64,000 bases of DNA, from the NCBI GenBank assembly GCA_951406725.2, contig OX597834.1:36022001-36086000 (forward strand), given 5' to 3'. The DNA comes from Octopus vulgaris. Taxonomy: Eukaryota. Numbering within the stretch: position 1 is the stretch's first letter; each line of letters opens with the position of its first letter. Position numbers and translations under genes: made by a program. The notes beneath the pieces were generated by a model, which was given only the letters and a program-made list of their open reading frames with translations, had not been told where the DNA came from and ran no database searches. This document shows positions 24,382 to 38,546 of the stretch, piece after piece.

Positions 24382-26155
24382 CAGCCACAGGTGGACCCAA
24401 AAGGTTTGCAATTCCTTGGTATAGAAGCATCAGACCATAAGCAGTGGTGAGGTTATCCAGTCCCAGATATTCTACTAGCAGGATGGTACATAAAGAATTG
24501 TTGGCACTTGAAAAGAATCCAAATAATGCTGACACCGCACTCAAAGATCCGTAAGTCAGACACAGCGGCATGAAAATAATAGACACACCCGACAACACAG
24601 TAGAGACGGCATAGAGAAACGTCAATTGAGATTGGACTCTGTCGCCAGCAAATCCAAAAACGACTTGTCCAACAGTACTGACCAGTCCAAAGACAGAAAT
24701 TAAATATGTGGCTTTCTGTTGCGGAATTCCTTTCTTCACACTTTGATCGACGATATATATGTATGGAATATCACTCCAGAAGAAAAATATAAAGTTTGAT
24801 ATGACAAATAAAATAAAGACGGGATGAGTGAGAATTGAACGATTAACCATCGTTCTTAGCAATTTCTTCATATGTTTACTGATATTTTGAGATTTGAGTA
24901 TTTCACACCAGTCCAGGAAGTCACTGGTGTTGTCTTGGTCATTAACCGTTCCGACTAAATGTGAAATTTCTGGGCAACTACTCGACTTCTGTTCGAGGGA
25001 CAGTTTGAGCAGGTTCCCTCGGTAAAAGATATCCTTCCGGTGAACAATATTCTGCTGGCTGCATGCTGAAGGCTTCTGTTTGGTAGCGGATGTCTTCTGC
25101 TGCCAGACATCTTTGTTTTTCTCCGGGAGAACATCCGACATGTAATACGGTCCATTGACGATTTTATTAGTAGAAAAAGAATCGGGAAATGATGTTGTTT
25201 GCTTGACATTTGGTTCTCCGAGCACAACGCGAACATCACCACCGTGGTTTGTGCTGTTGCGCAGCTTATGAAAGACTTCGTGTGAAAGACTGGCCCTTTT
25301 CAGCTGTATATACGTGGGTAATTGAACAACTGAATTTGACACGGTTAAATTTGCCATATCGGAATCATAGGTTAATTGAGCATCATAACTTCGGGATGAA
25401 AATCCCTCATCTAAAGCGGAATTCAACAGGGTATTTCGTTTTGAGATCTTTGATAAGTTATCCATTGCTGTTTTATCGTGGTTTTTCTTGCTGTCGTATT
25501 TTAGTGGCCTCAGTAAGGCGCCACACACTATCACATTGGAGACAATGCCACCAAGAACCAACATGGTGCCCCTCCAGCCATACAAATCGATCAAGTATTC
25601 GAGCAAGGGGGCAAAAACGGAGGTACCGATGCCCGAACCGCATACCGAGAGCCCCGTTGCAAGAGCACGTTTTTTCTCAAAGTAAAACGACACGCTGACA
25701 ATTGATGTGACGTAACTGATGGACATACCAAAACCAGCGAGAAAGCCGAACGTAAAGCACAACATTTCAATCGAATTTACAAATGCACTGATGATTATCC
25801 CCGTTGTAGAAACAATCCCACCAAAAATAGTCATCTTCCGACATCCGAATTTCGTGGTGAGGGCACCAGCCAGGGGCCCACAAATGAGCGAAACCCCGAC
25901 AAACACAGACCCTACCCATGATGTTTTACTTTTGCTCTGACCAAACGTCTGCAGGAGTTCTGTGAAAAATACCCCAAAGGAATAAGCACAGCCGTCGGCG
26001 ATAACATTCAGCAGAAAAGAAGAGAACAGGACCATCCATCCCCAGCCTCCATCTGGCGACTGTGCAAAGATGCTGTTCTCAGAATCGGTGGAATCACAGA
26101 AGCTATTTCTTAAAGGTTCGTTATTACCATCTTTTGGTTCGTCACTGTCCGACAT
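24382..26155 (-). CDS. SLC16 / monocarboxylate transporter-like MFS protein, coding exon 1 (TM1-TM11, 591 codons + 1 nt)
   Basis: SLC16 motifs: PDGGWGW before TM1, YFEKKRALATG after TM4, LLRPL after TM6, a long central loop, and LLGPPVAG in TM11. An in-frame TAA lies 4 codons upstream of ATG 26155. The exon ends at a canonical donor GCTG|gtaagt (intron starts at 24381, phase 1). Confidence 0.95.
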
Positions 26156-26311
26156 AATAAGGAATTAGAACTAAAGAATTCTGCTAAATATATAGTAAAA
26201 ATTGAAGACAAACATAACTTTGTCATAGGTCTGTGTAGGTGTAAAATGCTGTCAATTCTGTCGATGGGTTTTTTACTGTTAGCCATACGAATCCAACACA
26301 GCAAAGGAAAC
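26156..26311 (-). other. 5' UTR portion of the large exon, with splice acceptor at 26312
   Basis: Minus strand reads ttttgtccccttctcgtttcag|GTTTCC, preceded by a T-rich tract. This implies upstream non-coding exon(s). Confidence 0.7.
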
Positions 26312-26714
26312 CTGAAACGAGAAGGGGACAAAAATAAATAATTAAAAATAAAAAAATAAATAAAATAAAATCAATCGAAAACGAAAAATTTAGAATAAAA
26401 AGAAATCCGGTGCAGGCCTGGCTGTGTGGTAAGAAGTTTGCTTCCCAGCCATATGGTAGCAGGTTCAGTTCCTACTGAGTGGCATCTTGGGCAAGTGTTG
26501 TGTTTCCCATTACCATCTTAGGTCGACCAAAGCCTTGAGAGTGGATTTGGTAAATGGAAACTGGAAGAAGCCCATCATATATATATAGCCTGGTGTAGTC
26601 TTCTACCTGGTCAGTTCCTGTCAAACTCTCTCTCTCTCTCTCTCACTCTCTTAGCTGTGTTTTCTGGCCAAGAAAAATCCACTGGTGGAGCGGGGTGAGG
26701 TAGGAGCATTTCTG

Positions 26715-27225
26715 GAATCATCCCTCGCTCAGGATATGAGCCACCACCACCACCACCACCATCATCAGGGTACAGTGAGAGGTGGTGGAGCTATAATCAA
26801 CACTGCTACCATTCAGGACAGAGTAAGGAGCTATAGTTAACACTACCACCACCACCACCACCACCACCACCACCATCATCATTCAAGAAAGAGGGAAAGT
26901 GGTGGAGCTATACTCAATGCCACCACCACTCAAGATAGATGGAGGACTGGTGGAGTTACACTCAACACTACCACTACTACCACCTTTCAGGATAGATGGA
27001 GGACTGATGGAGTTATACTCACTACCACCACCACCACCACCACCACCACCACCATCAGGATACAGTGAGAGGTGGTGGAGCTATACTCAACACCATCACT
27101 ACACCACCACCACCACCACCACCACCACCACTCAGGATAGCATGAGGAGGATGGAGCTGTACTCAACACAAACACCACCATCATCACCACTGAAGATACA
27201 GAGAGGGTTGATGGAGCTATGTACA
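26715..27225. repeat. Degenerate ~55-bp tandem repeat with variable (CAC)n
   Basis: Recurring tggagctatactcaacac...(cac)n...tcaggatag, about 8 units. Confidence 0.8.
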
Positions 27226-27690
27226 ATTAAACAAAACCTGAACACACTGACACACATACAAACATGTACACACACACACACACACACACACTCACACACA
27301 AACACTCGCACACACACACTCACACACACATACCTAGCAGTAATGTAGGATAACGTCTAACCTAATTCTTTCAGTTTATTCGCACTCTCTCATACATACA
27401 TGTGTGTGTATATACATACATACATCTCTATATATACACACACACACACACATATTTATACATATACACACACAAATATGTATGAATATTTATATATATA
27501 CATACATACATACATATATATATATATATAAATATACATACATACATATATATATACATACACACATATACACACACACAGATATGTATAAGTTATATGT
27601 ATGTATATATATATATATATATGTGTGTGTGCCTGTGTATAACTATGTATATACAGATATATATATATAATATATACATATATATGCATA

Positions 27691-27898
<208 letters not shown>

Positions 27899-30061
27899 AT
27901 ATACAGTGTGTGTTTGGAGAGTAAGAGAAAGAGAGAGAGAAAGATCATACACATATTTGCGTTCAGTGAGTGATGGAAGATTGGAGGAACGATGATGTTG
28001 GCAGTGGTGCAGAAGAGGGCAAGAGGTGGGGGGGGGGGGGGGGCTGTGTGTGTGTGTACATGGGTAATGCAATGATGATGGCGCCACCGACACCACCACC
28101 ACCACCACCGGCATCAATGTGGCGTTGATGTGATGCTGGTGGTTGCAGTGGTGGTGGTGGTGGTGGTGGTGGTGGAGGTGGTCGTCGTCGTCGTAGTCAT
28201 CACGGTGGCAGTGGTTGTAGTAGGAACTGATGTGTTGGGTGTTGGGTCGGTAGCGTTCGTGATTTGATGGCGGGAGGAAGAGAGGATGCTCAGGAGGTCA
28301 TGTCAGGAGGTTGGAGGTAAAGGAGGAGCGGGGTGACCGAAGAGGAAGAGTGAGAGGAGATTAGCCAGAATTTAACCACGGTGTGTTTACTTTGATCATG
28401 GTGATTAACGGATCAGATTTATGTTTTATGTAAGTCAATATGTCATGAAGATAGTTGTGGTGGTAGTGGTAGTGGTGGTGTTGGTGGTGGTGGTATACTG
28501 GAGCTAGTGTTGTAGTGGTAATGTTGGTGTGGGTGATGGTATTGATGTCTGTAGTAGTTAGTGGCAGTGGTGGTGGTGGTGGTGGTGGTTGTGGTGGTGT
28601 TGGTGTAGGTGGTGATGTTGATGTCTGTAGTAGTTAGTGGTAGTGGTGGTGTTGGTGTGGGTGGTAATGTTGATGTCTGTAGTAGTTAGTGGTAGTGGCG
28701 GTGGTGGTGATGGTGGTAGTGTTAGCAGTGATGGTGTTAGTGATGTTGGTGGTAGTTGTAGTTGAGTTGGTGGTGGTGGTGTTGTTGTTGGTGGTGTTGG
28801 TAGTGTTGGTGGTGGTGGTGGTGGTAGTAGTGGTGGTGGCTGCTGCACCACTGAACCATCGTTCATGATATGAAGCTATTGATATTGCTTAGCTCAAGAT
28901 CAGCTCTGAATCAGTAAATCCATGATCAAAGATGTTCCAACCACGACCACCCTATCTTGTTTTATAAATGAAAGTTTATATGGTCCAATGTATACTTGTT
29001 CCCACAACAAGGTCCAGTGCATGTTGCAGCGCAATGGCTTGCATGCCTTAGTGACCCCTAGAGCTGTAACAATGGATTGCAAGATCCTAGTATAACCTAC
29101 CCTGTTGAACAGGTCAAAGGACAGAGGCCAGACTAATATGGATGATCTCTCCCCAGAAGTAAAAAAAGGGTTTGCATTGGGCCAACACCCTTATTTTTAC
29201 AGACAATGGAACCTAGTGCAGCCCCTGACCTTGCCAGTTCTTGTGAAGCCATTCAAACCATGTCAGCATGGAAAATAGACTTTAAATATTGATGACAATG
29301 ATGATGATGATGATGATGATGATGATTATGATGATGATGATGACAATGATGATAATGATGATGACGATGATGATGACAATGATGATGATGATGATGATGA
29401 TGATAATGATGACAATTATGATAATGATGATGACGATGATGATGACAATGATGATGATGATGATGAAGTGAACATCATAAAGGGGAATGGAGAACTATAT
29501 ACATCATCTTCGAAATTACTCCCTGCAGCATCAGTCTCATTAAATTCCAATCCGACACGTGTTTCTGCTGGATGTGTCTCCCAATGTCGTTTGATGTGGC
29601 GTTTATATGCATTTAGTTGATTCAGTTGCAGCGCATATTCATCCGAAGCAGACATTCCTACGAAGCTTATTTCTCATTGGTTAATTGATTCCTCTGTCAA
29701 TGACGCTTTCCGAGAATTCCGATAGTGATTCTCGTCTGATCTTTCACTTCAGACACACCAGCATTAAATGCATCCCCACCCCCCTCGTCACCACTCACCC
29801 AGCCGATATAGTTCTTTGAATTGTAGGCATATGCAAGTGCCATTAACAGACATTATCAAGATAAGAATCAGTTATTGACATTCATATTGAAATACACATA
29901 AACGAGGGGATGTTGAAAAGTTCCTGGCTTTGGGTGAAAGAAAGAAAATACCAGAGAATTTGTGAATTATGATTGTTTTCAACATATTCCCCTCTCAGAT
30001 TCACACACTTATTTGCAGCATTCATTCAGTTTTTCTAAGCCTCTAACCAGGTCTTTCATGA

Positions 30062-30620
30062 TACCTATTTCTTTACTACCCACAAGGGGCTAATCACAGA
30101 GAGGACAAACAAGGAAAGACAAATGGATTAAGTCGATTACATCGACCCCAGTGCATAACTGGTACTTAATTTATCGTCTCCGAAAGGATGAAAGGCAAAG
30201 TTGATGTCAGCGGAATTTGAACTCAGAACGTAAGGACAGAGGAAATACCTATTTCTTTACTACCCGCAAGGGGCTAAACACAGAGCAGACAAACAAGGAC
30301 AGACAAACGGATTAAGTCGATTACATCGACCCCAGTGCGTAACTGGTACTTAATTTATCGACGCCGAAAGGATGAAAGGCAAAGTTGACCTCGGTGGAAT
30401 TTGAACTCAGAACGTAAGGACAGACGAAATACCTATTTCTTTACTACCCATAAGGGGCTAAACACAGAGAGGACAAACAAGGAAAGACAAACGGATTAAG
30501 TCAATTACATCGACCCCAGTGCGTTACTGGTACTTAATTTTTCAACCCCGAAAGGATGAAAGGCAAAGTTGACCGTGGCGGAATTTGAACTCAGAATGTA
30601 ATGGCAGACAAAATACGGCT
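30062..30620 (-). mobile_element. Tandem triplet of 5'-truncated SINE-B (~185-bp unit)
   Basis: Each unit starts atacctatttctttactacc (near 30061, 30245 and 30429). Confidence 0.9.
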
Positions 30621-30633
30621 ACACACACACACA

Positions 30634-30853
30634 CGAGGGGGTAGTGGAAAGTTCCTGTCTTTGGGTAAAAGAAAATACAGGAGGATCAGTTAGTTATGAT
30701 TTTATTCAACATATTCCCCTTCTCTGATCCACACACTTATTGCTGTGGTCCTTCAGTTTTTCTAAGCCCTGTAAAAGAAATCAAAAGGTTGGATCTCCAT
30801 CCAACCAGGCTTTACATGATCCCCTTAAAGCCAGGAACTTTCACCACCTCCTT
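30634..30853. mobile_element. Tc1/mariner-type MITE
   Basis: Imperfect TIRs cgagggggtagtggaaagttcctg / aagccaggaactttcaccacctcctta. Related copies at about 29903-30060, 38188-38345 and 49993-50218. Confidence 0.7.
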
Positions 30854-30964
30854 ATAAATATACTTCAGGAAAAAGTCTTAGGCAAATACAAAACATAATC
30901 TTGGCATTCTGTCAGTTATGACGACAAAGGTTCCACCTGATCCAATCAATGCAGCAGCTATCTC

Positions 30965-31580
30965 GTGACATACAATGCACTGCACACCAAACTACTCCAC
31001 ACTACACTTCAAATAACACAACACTTCACTCAAAACTAAACTGCACTCCAAAATACACCATGCAGTACTCAAATCTATATCATACTACACACCAAAATGT
31101 ACCACACTACACTCCAGAATGTGCCACAATGCACTCCAACATGTGCTGCACTGTGCTGCAAAATGTACTGTGCTGCACTCGAAAACGTGTTGCACTGTGC
31201 TCCAAAATGTACCATGCTGCACTCTAAAATGTACCACACTGCACTCCAAAGTGTTACACACTGCACTCCAAAACATGCTGCACAGTGCTCCAACATGTAC
31301 TGTGTTGTACTCCAAAATGTAACACACTGCACTCCAAAATGCACCCTGTTGCACTCCAAAATGTGCTGCACAGTGCTCCAAAATGCACCCTGTTGCACTC
31401 TAAAGTGTACCACACTGCACTCCAAAGTGTTACACAGTGCTCCAATATCTACTGTGTTGCACTCCAAAATATAACACACTGCACTCCAAAATGTGCTGCA
31501 CTGTGCTAAAAATGTACCTTGCTGCACTCTAAAATGTAACACACTGCAGTTTGATATGTACCATGCTGCACTCCCAAACT
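30965..31580. repeat. 22-bp minisatellite (consensus approx. actccaaaatgtaccacactgc)
   Basis: ctcca/ctcta recurs every 22 nt over about 600 bp. This explains the overlapping Cys/His-rich ORFs. Confidence 0.9.
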
Positions 31581-31857
31581 GCATCATTCTACCACACAAT
31601 CACACCATTCTGCATCATGCCATACAACATTCCTACATGGTGCTATGCCACACCAAACCCTCATAAGAGCCCCTTTCACCACCACCACCACCACCACCAC
31701 CACCACCACCACCACCACGAACCCATAAAACAACTGTGTCAGTATGTTAGTGGTGACATGTTGGGTGGAGGGGAAGGGTGGGGTGGAGTCGGAGGAGGAG
31801 GAGGAGGAGAAAGAGAAGCCAAAAATGTGGAGTGGTTGAGCTTGTGGATTGCAGGTA

Positions 31858-31959
<102 letters not shown>

Positions 31960-32037
31960 GGGCAAGAACGACAGAATATTATTTACATTATGCGTAGCAT
32001 ATGTGTTTACAAGAAGCTGTGTACATGTGTTATATGT

Positions 32038-32071
<34 letters not shown>

Positions 32072-32186
32072 TGTGTCTGAATGTAGGTATGTGTAAGCAT
32101 GACTTTGTGCCTGGGTATATAGAAAAATATATAAGTACATATATACAGACACATACACACACATATGTATGTATATATCTATATAA

Positions 32187-32238
<52 letters not shown>

Positions 32239-33288
32239 GTATATATATGTACATGCACACACACATATATATACACATATATGTGTGTGTGTGTGTATAT
32301 ATATATATACACACACACACACACATATATATATGTATGTATATCTAACCTATATTCATATACATACATACATATATATATATACATATATATATACACA
32401 TATATATGTACGTATGTATGTATATATGTATATGAATATAGGTTAGCTTGATGTTCATGACAAGAATAACTCTAAGTCTGAGAAGTACACACACACACAC
32501 ACACAGAGACACACACACGTACGTGTGTGTGTGTGGTACAAAGAGAGATGGGGGGAGAGAGAGAGAGAAGTGAAGTTGATCTCCAGCAGGAGTAGGATTT
32601 TTTAGGCAAATGTATGATGCCTGAGTATATATATGTGTGTGTATATGTGACTCTTACTGTCTGCGTTAGAGCAGATACAGAAACACACACACACACACAC
32701 ATGCATATTCATACGTATATAATATAGTTCTACTCAGCTGTAATGTGTCTGCGAATCATAAGAAAATATTCTGTGTCTTGTCTTTATTGGCAGAATGGAA
32801 TAGTTCCATTGCATATTCTGAAGAATATAGGTCTAGCCCTCTTAATGATAATCCTTTCTATCATAGACACAAAGCCTGAAATTTTGTGGGGAGAAAGGGT
32901 TAGTTGAATACATTGACCCCAGTGCTCAATCCCGAATAGACCAAAGGTAAAGTCGACCCTGGCAGGAATTGAGCTCAGGATGTAAAGATAACCAAAATAT
33001 CACTAAGCATTCCGTCTGGCATGCTAACAATTCTGTCAGCTTGCGGCTTTAATGATGATGATAACGATAATAATAATAATGATAATGATAATAAAAATAG
33101 TAATAAAAGATAACCTTGATGGGTACAGGCTATATACTATGGAAAGCACTCTCCATCTAAAATGGAATAAATGTGGTGATTAATGTTAGAATGCTTAGCA
33201 AAACAAAAGTACCCTTGGCCTCTGGAGGATGCCTGGTACTAAAGAAGCTGAAATAAAATTATAATGAAAGGAAACCATAAATGAATAT

Positions 33289-33350
<62 letters not shown>

Positions 33351-33591
33351 TGATGATGATAATAATGATAATTTATTTCTTTATTGCCCACAGGGGGCTA
33401 AACACAGAGGGGACAAACACTGACAGACAAAGGGATTAAGTTGATTACATCAACCCAGTGCGTAACTGGTACTTATTTAATCGACCCGGAAATGTTGAAA
33501 GGCAAAGACGACCTTTGTGAAATTTGAACTCAGAACTTAATGGCAGATGAAATACCGCTAAGCATTTCACCCGGCGTGCTAACAATTCTGC

Positions 33592-34140
33592 CATGTCCTG
33601 ATGCAGTACCAGACTGTGGTTCTCATGGATTCTGATCTTAAATTACTGGAAGTGTTATCTTGTACATTGCTTTGTCTTGATATAAAAGAAAGGCTACAGT
33701 AAATATTCTGCTCAATACCACAGATTTTCTTGTCAGTTGCTTGACCTTAACCAGTTGAGCATGTCCCTAAGTGTTATGTGCATCGCTGATCATGTGCAGA
33801 AGTAGTGGGTGAGCATCATAGCTATGTTTTGAGAGGGATTCTTTGGAGTTTGGATGATTCACCTTTGAAAACATGGTTGTTTCGTTCAGAATCCTTAAAC
33901 AACACTTATTCAGGAACCTTTTGAGCAGGTTGGACTACTTGACCTGAAGAAAATTTTAACAGGGCCCCACCTGCAAGGTCATGCACTTTTTATCTTGATA
34001 TATCACCATATTGCACACATATGGTTGTGATGCATGTGTCTGGTGTACCCTTATCAGACAGGTAGTCATGATGGGTATATTGGGCTTTGTATATTTTACC
34101 CCAGTGTCACTTTGATGGCATGCACTACTCTCTCACTCAA
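33592..34140. repeat. Unclassified interspersed repeat ending at (AAT)n
   Basis: Higher-complexity block between a SINE-B copy and an AAT tract. No ORF; looks like a retroelement remnant. Confidence 0.35.
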
Positions 34141-34184
34141 TAATAATAATAAGAAGAAGAAGAAGAACAATAACAACAACAACA

Positions 34185-35080
34185 ATGCAGATCATGATAA
34201 ATGATGGCAAGAAATGCCCCTTCATGGCAAATATTGGGTTATATTAAACAGAAAAGAAATAGACAAACCAAAATCCCAAGAATGGCTGAAAAGCTCAGGA
34301 CTCAAAGCAGAGACTGAAGGATTTTTAATTGCAGCACAAGATCAAATCCTCCTCACCAGAAATCACCAAATACATGTAATGAAAAGAAATACAAGTAACT
34401 GTAGAATATGTGGAGATGGAGAAGAAACAATAAATCATATTGCCTGTGGCTGCCCAGTCTTGGCTAAGAAGGAATATATTCACAGATATGACAGAGTTGG
34501 GATCCATATACACTGGAAACTATGCCAACACTATGGAATAAGAACAGAAAAAAGATGGTAGAGGCACATGTCTGGAAAGGTCACAGAAAATGGGAAAGCA
34601 ACCATTATCTGGGATATGCCAATACACACAGATCATGAAATTAAGACCAATATGCTGGATATAGTTGTCAGAAATCATCAAGCAAAACAAAATGCTTTCT
34701 AATCAACGTATCAATATCAACAGATGATAATGTTTCTCTAAAAGAAATGGAGGAACTTTCAAAATGCAAAGACCTGGAAATTGCGGTAACTCGGATGTGG
34801 GGTCTAAAAACAGAAACAGTTCCTATCACAGTAGGTGCATTAGATATGATAAAAAAAAAATTCAGACAAATAGATAACAAAAACACCAGGACTAACAAAT
34901 ATATATAACATACTGAGAATAGTTCTACTTGGCACCTAACACATCCTACATAAAACACTTTCAATACAGTAAAGGTAAGAGCATCACAGCAAACCACAGC
35001 ACATAACCAAGGCACACAGAGCTGCGCTCGGCAGTGAAGTGAAAGCATGCAATAAAAAGAAGACTACTGAATAATAATAA
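34185..35080 (+). mobile_element. R4/Dong-clade non-LTR retrotransposon 3' fragment (pseudogenised)
   Basis: GLKAETEGFLIAAQDQ, CCHC knuckle CRICG...ETINHIACGC, then a disrupted restriction-like endonuclease region (IIWDMPIHTD...KDLEIAVTRMWGLKTETVPITVGAL). Ends in (TAA)n. Confidence 0.85.
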
Positions 35081-35082
35081 CA

Positions 35083-35727
35083 ATGGTTTCAGACTTTGGC
35101 ACAAAGCCAGCACTTTCATGGGAGGGTTAAGTTGATCACATTGACCCCAGTGCTGAACTGGTACTTATTTAATCGCTCCCAAAAGGATTTAAGGCAAAGT
35201 TGACCTTGGCGGAATTCAAACTCAGAATGCGAAGACAGACAAGATACTGCTAAGTGTTTTACCTAGCATGCTAACGATTCTGCCAAGTGGCACTTTTCTA
35301 CCATAGGCACAAAGGCCTGAAGCTTTGTGGTGGGAGGAGGCTAGTTGATAACTGGTACGTAATTTATCGGCCCTGAAAGGATGAAAGGCAAAGTCGACTT
35401 CAGCGGCATTTGAACTCAGGACATAGCGGCAAATGAAATGCCGCTAAGCATTTTGCCAGCGTGCTGACAGAATTGTCAGCATGCTACCTTGATAATAATA
35501 ATAATAACAATCCTTTCTATTAAAGGCACAAGGCTCGAAATTTCCGGAGAGGAGACAAGTCGATTACATTGAACCCAGTCTTTCGCTGGTACTTAATTTA
35601 TTGACCCTGAAAGGATGAAAGGCAAAGTGAACCTCAGTGGAATTTGAACTCAGAACGTAAGGACGGGGCAAAATATACCGCTAAGCATTTCGTCCGGCGC
35701 GCTAATGACTCTGCCAGCTCGCTGCCT
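35083..35727 (-). mobile_element. Three head-to-tail SINE-B copies
   Basis: The SINE-B core occurs three times. Confidence 0.85.
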
Positions 35728-35767
35728 TAATAACAACAATAATCATAATAATAATGATAATAATAAC

Positions 35768-35802
<35 letters not shown>

Positions 35803-36194
35803 GACTTAGGTCTTAAAAGAAAGATATTCGTGACGGACCGCCATAGCAAGTTAACAAACGCAAAAAGAAAGAATTTAAGAAGGAAAATAAACAGAATTTG
35901 TTTTCTTAACTCAATTTTTTCTTTCTTTTTCATTTTTGTTTTTTTTTTTGACTTTTTCATTTTTCATTTGGGATGTAATTGGGTTTGCTACTGACCTTGT
36001 AAAAGATTGGGTTTATTGGCAAGTATGAACACCCCAGTTGGTTAGTTAAATAACACACAGCACCAATCCAAATAAATATCTGTCATGGGCCCTAGGGGAG
36101 ATGAAATGTGACATGCAAGTTAATCATCATCATCATCATCATCATCATCAAACAACATCACCATCTTTATCGTCATCAGCACAATCAACATGAC

Positions 36195-36225
<31 letters not shown>

Positions 36226-37509
36226 TTACATCGTCATCATCATCATCACAATCAACACCAACACCACCACCACCATCATCTTATATCATCATTTAACCTG
36301 CTCCTCGTCCTTCTCCTCACTGTCATCATCGTCATTGTGTTGTCATCATTACCACCACCACCCTCATCATCATCATCATCGCCAGCATCACTATCATCAT
36401 GTTCGTCACCAACATCACTACATTCACATGGCCATCATCATCATAACCATTTTCCCTATCACCACCACCACCACTATCACTAACCACTAACCACTATCAC
36501 CGTTACCATCACCAATGCCAACGTGGACCCCACAATGACCTCCCCTCTAACGCACCAAGACGACAACCATCACCACTGCCATCACCATCACCACCACCAC
36601 CACCACTGCCACCATCACCACCACGACCACCACCACCACCATAACCATTCCCCTTACATATGTCTGCAAGAAACTGATATATGTTTGTAGAAGAGGTTGT
36701 TATTACATCATGATGGATGATAACATGATGAGTGGAAAAACAAAAAAAAAAAAGAGGGACGTGAGTTGTTAGTAGTACATGGACCCCAAGGAGCAGAAGT
36801 AGTGGTGTGGTGGGGGTGGTGTTGGCAGATCCAGGGCAGGGTGGTGAATTTAGGGCAGAAAGAGGGGGGGAGGGAGAAAAAAAGGCTGTCACATCAGATT
36901 CTCAGATTCTAGGACATTGACTTCTCTGTAGGGAAGAGGTATGAAGAGGTTGATAGTATGAAGAATTAGACCCCCAAGATAGTGTGTATGTATATATACA
37001 TATATATATATATGCATATGTGTGTGTGTGTGTGTGTGTGTATGTGAATATGTGTCAGTGTGTGTACATGTGTATGTGAATATGTATAGATATACATTCT
37101 TTGCTACTCTAGGCACAAGGCCTGAAATTTCAGGGGAGGGGTGGCCAGTCGATTAGATCGACCCCAGCACACAACTGGTACTTAATTTATCGACCCCGAA
37201 AGGATGAAAGGCAAAGTCGACCTCAGCAAAATCTGAACTCAGAATGTAAAGACAGACGAAATACTGTTGAGCATTTCCCCCGGCGCGCTAATGTTTCTGC
37301 CAGCTCGCCGCCTTATGCCTAGATATATATTGAGATAGAGAGGTACATAGATAAAAGTACATACACACACACACATATATCTTTATTCTTTTACTCTTAT
37401 TTGTTTCAGTGATTTTGGCTGCGGCCATGCTGGAGCACTGCTTTTAGTTGAACAAATTGACCCCCTGGGCTTATTCTTATATATATATATATCTTTCTTT
37501 TACTTTCTT

Positions 37510-38008
<499 letters not shown>

Positions 38009-38546
38009 TTAAATATGTATACACACACACATATTTTGCTAAACAAGATTATTTCTACATACCCAAAATTTGGTGTATACAAGTGTACTTGCTCATGTTT
38101 CAGAAATTAATTAATTAATTAATTACATATATACATGAGTGCAAACATAAACACATACATACATACATACATAAACACATACATACATACAAGGGGGTGC
38201 TGAAAAGTTCCTGGCTTTAAGGATATCACAAAAGGCCTGGCTGGAGGCTTAACCTTCTGAGTTCTTTTACAGAGCTTAGAAAAACTGAAGGGCCACTGCA
38301 ATAAGTTTATGAATCTGAGAGGGGAATATGTTGAATAAAAACATAATTATTGCAGATAAATTCTAACATCTTGCATAGATTCTCCTGGTCGAGAGCCATT
38401 GATTTGACTTGGAGGACCCTTATAGCCATTCGATATTTAAAAGGACCCTTATAGTCATGTAAAAGTGCTCATACATTGCCATGTAAAAGCACCCAGCACA
38501 CTCTGTCAAGTGGTTGGTGTTGGGAAGGGCATCCAGCAATAGAAAC

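Noticed and set aside
25210-25940. Plus-strand ORFs antisense to the SLC16 exon
   Set aside because: Shadow ORFs of the coding strand with no recognisable features.
30949-31599. Cys/His-rich metallothionein- or zinc-finger-like ORFs
   Set aside because: Produced by a 22-bp repeat that is not a multiple of 3, so the same peptide motifs rotate through all frames.
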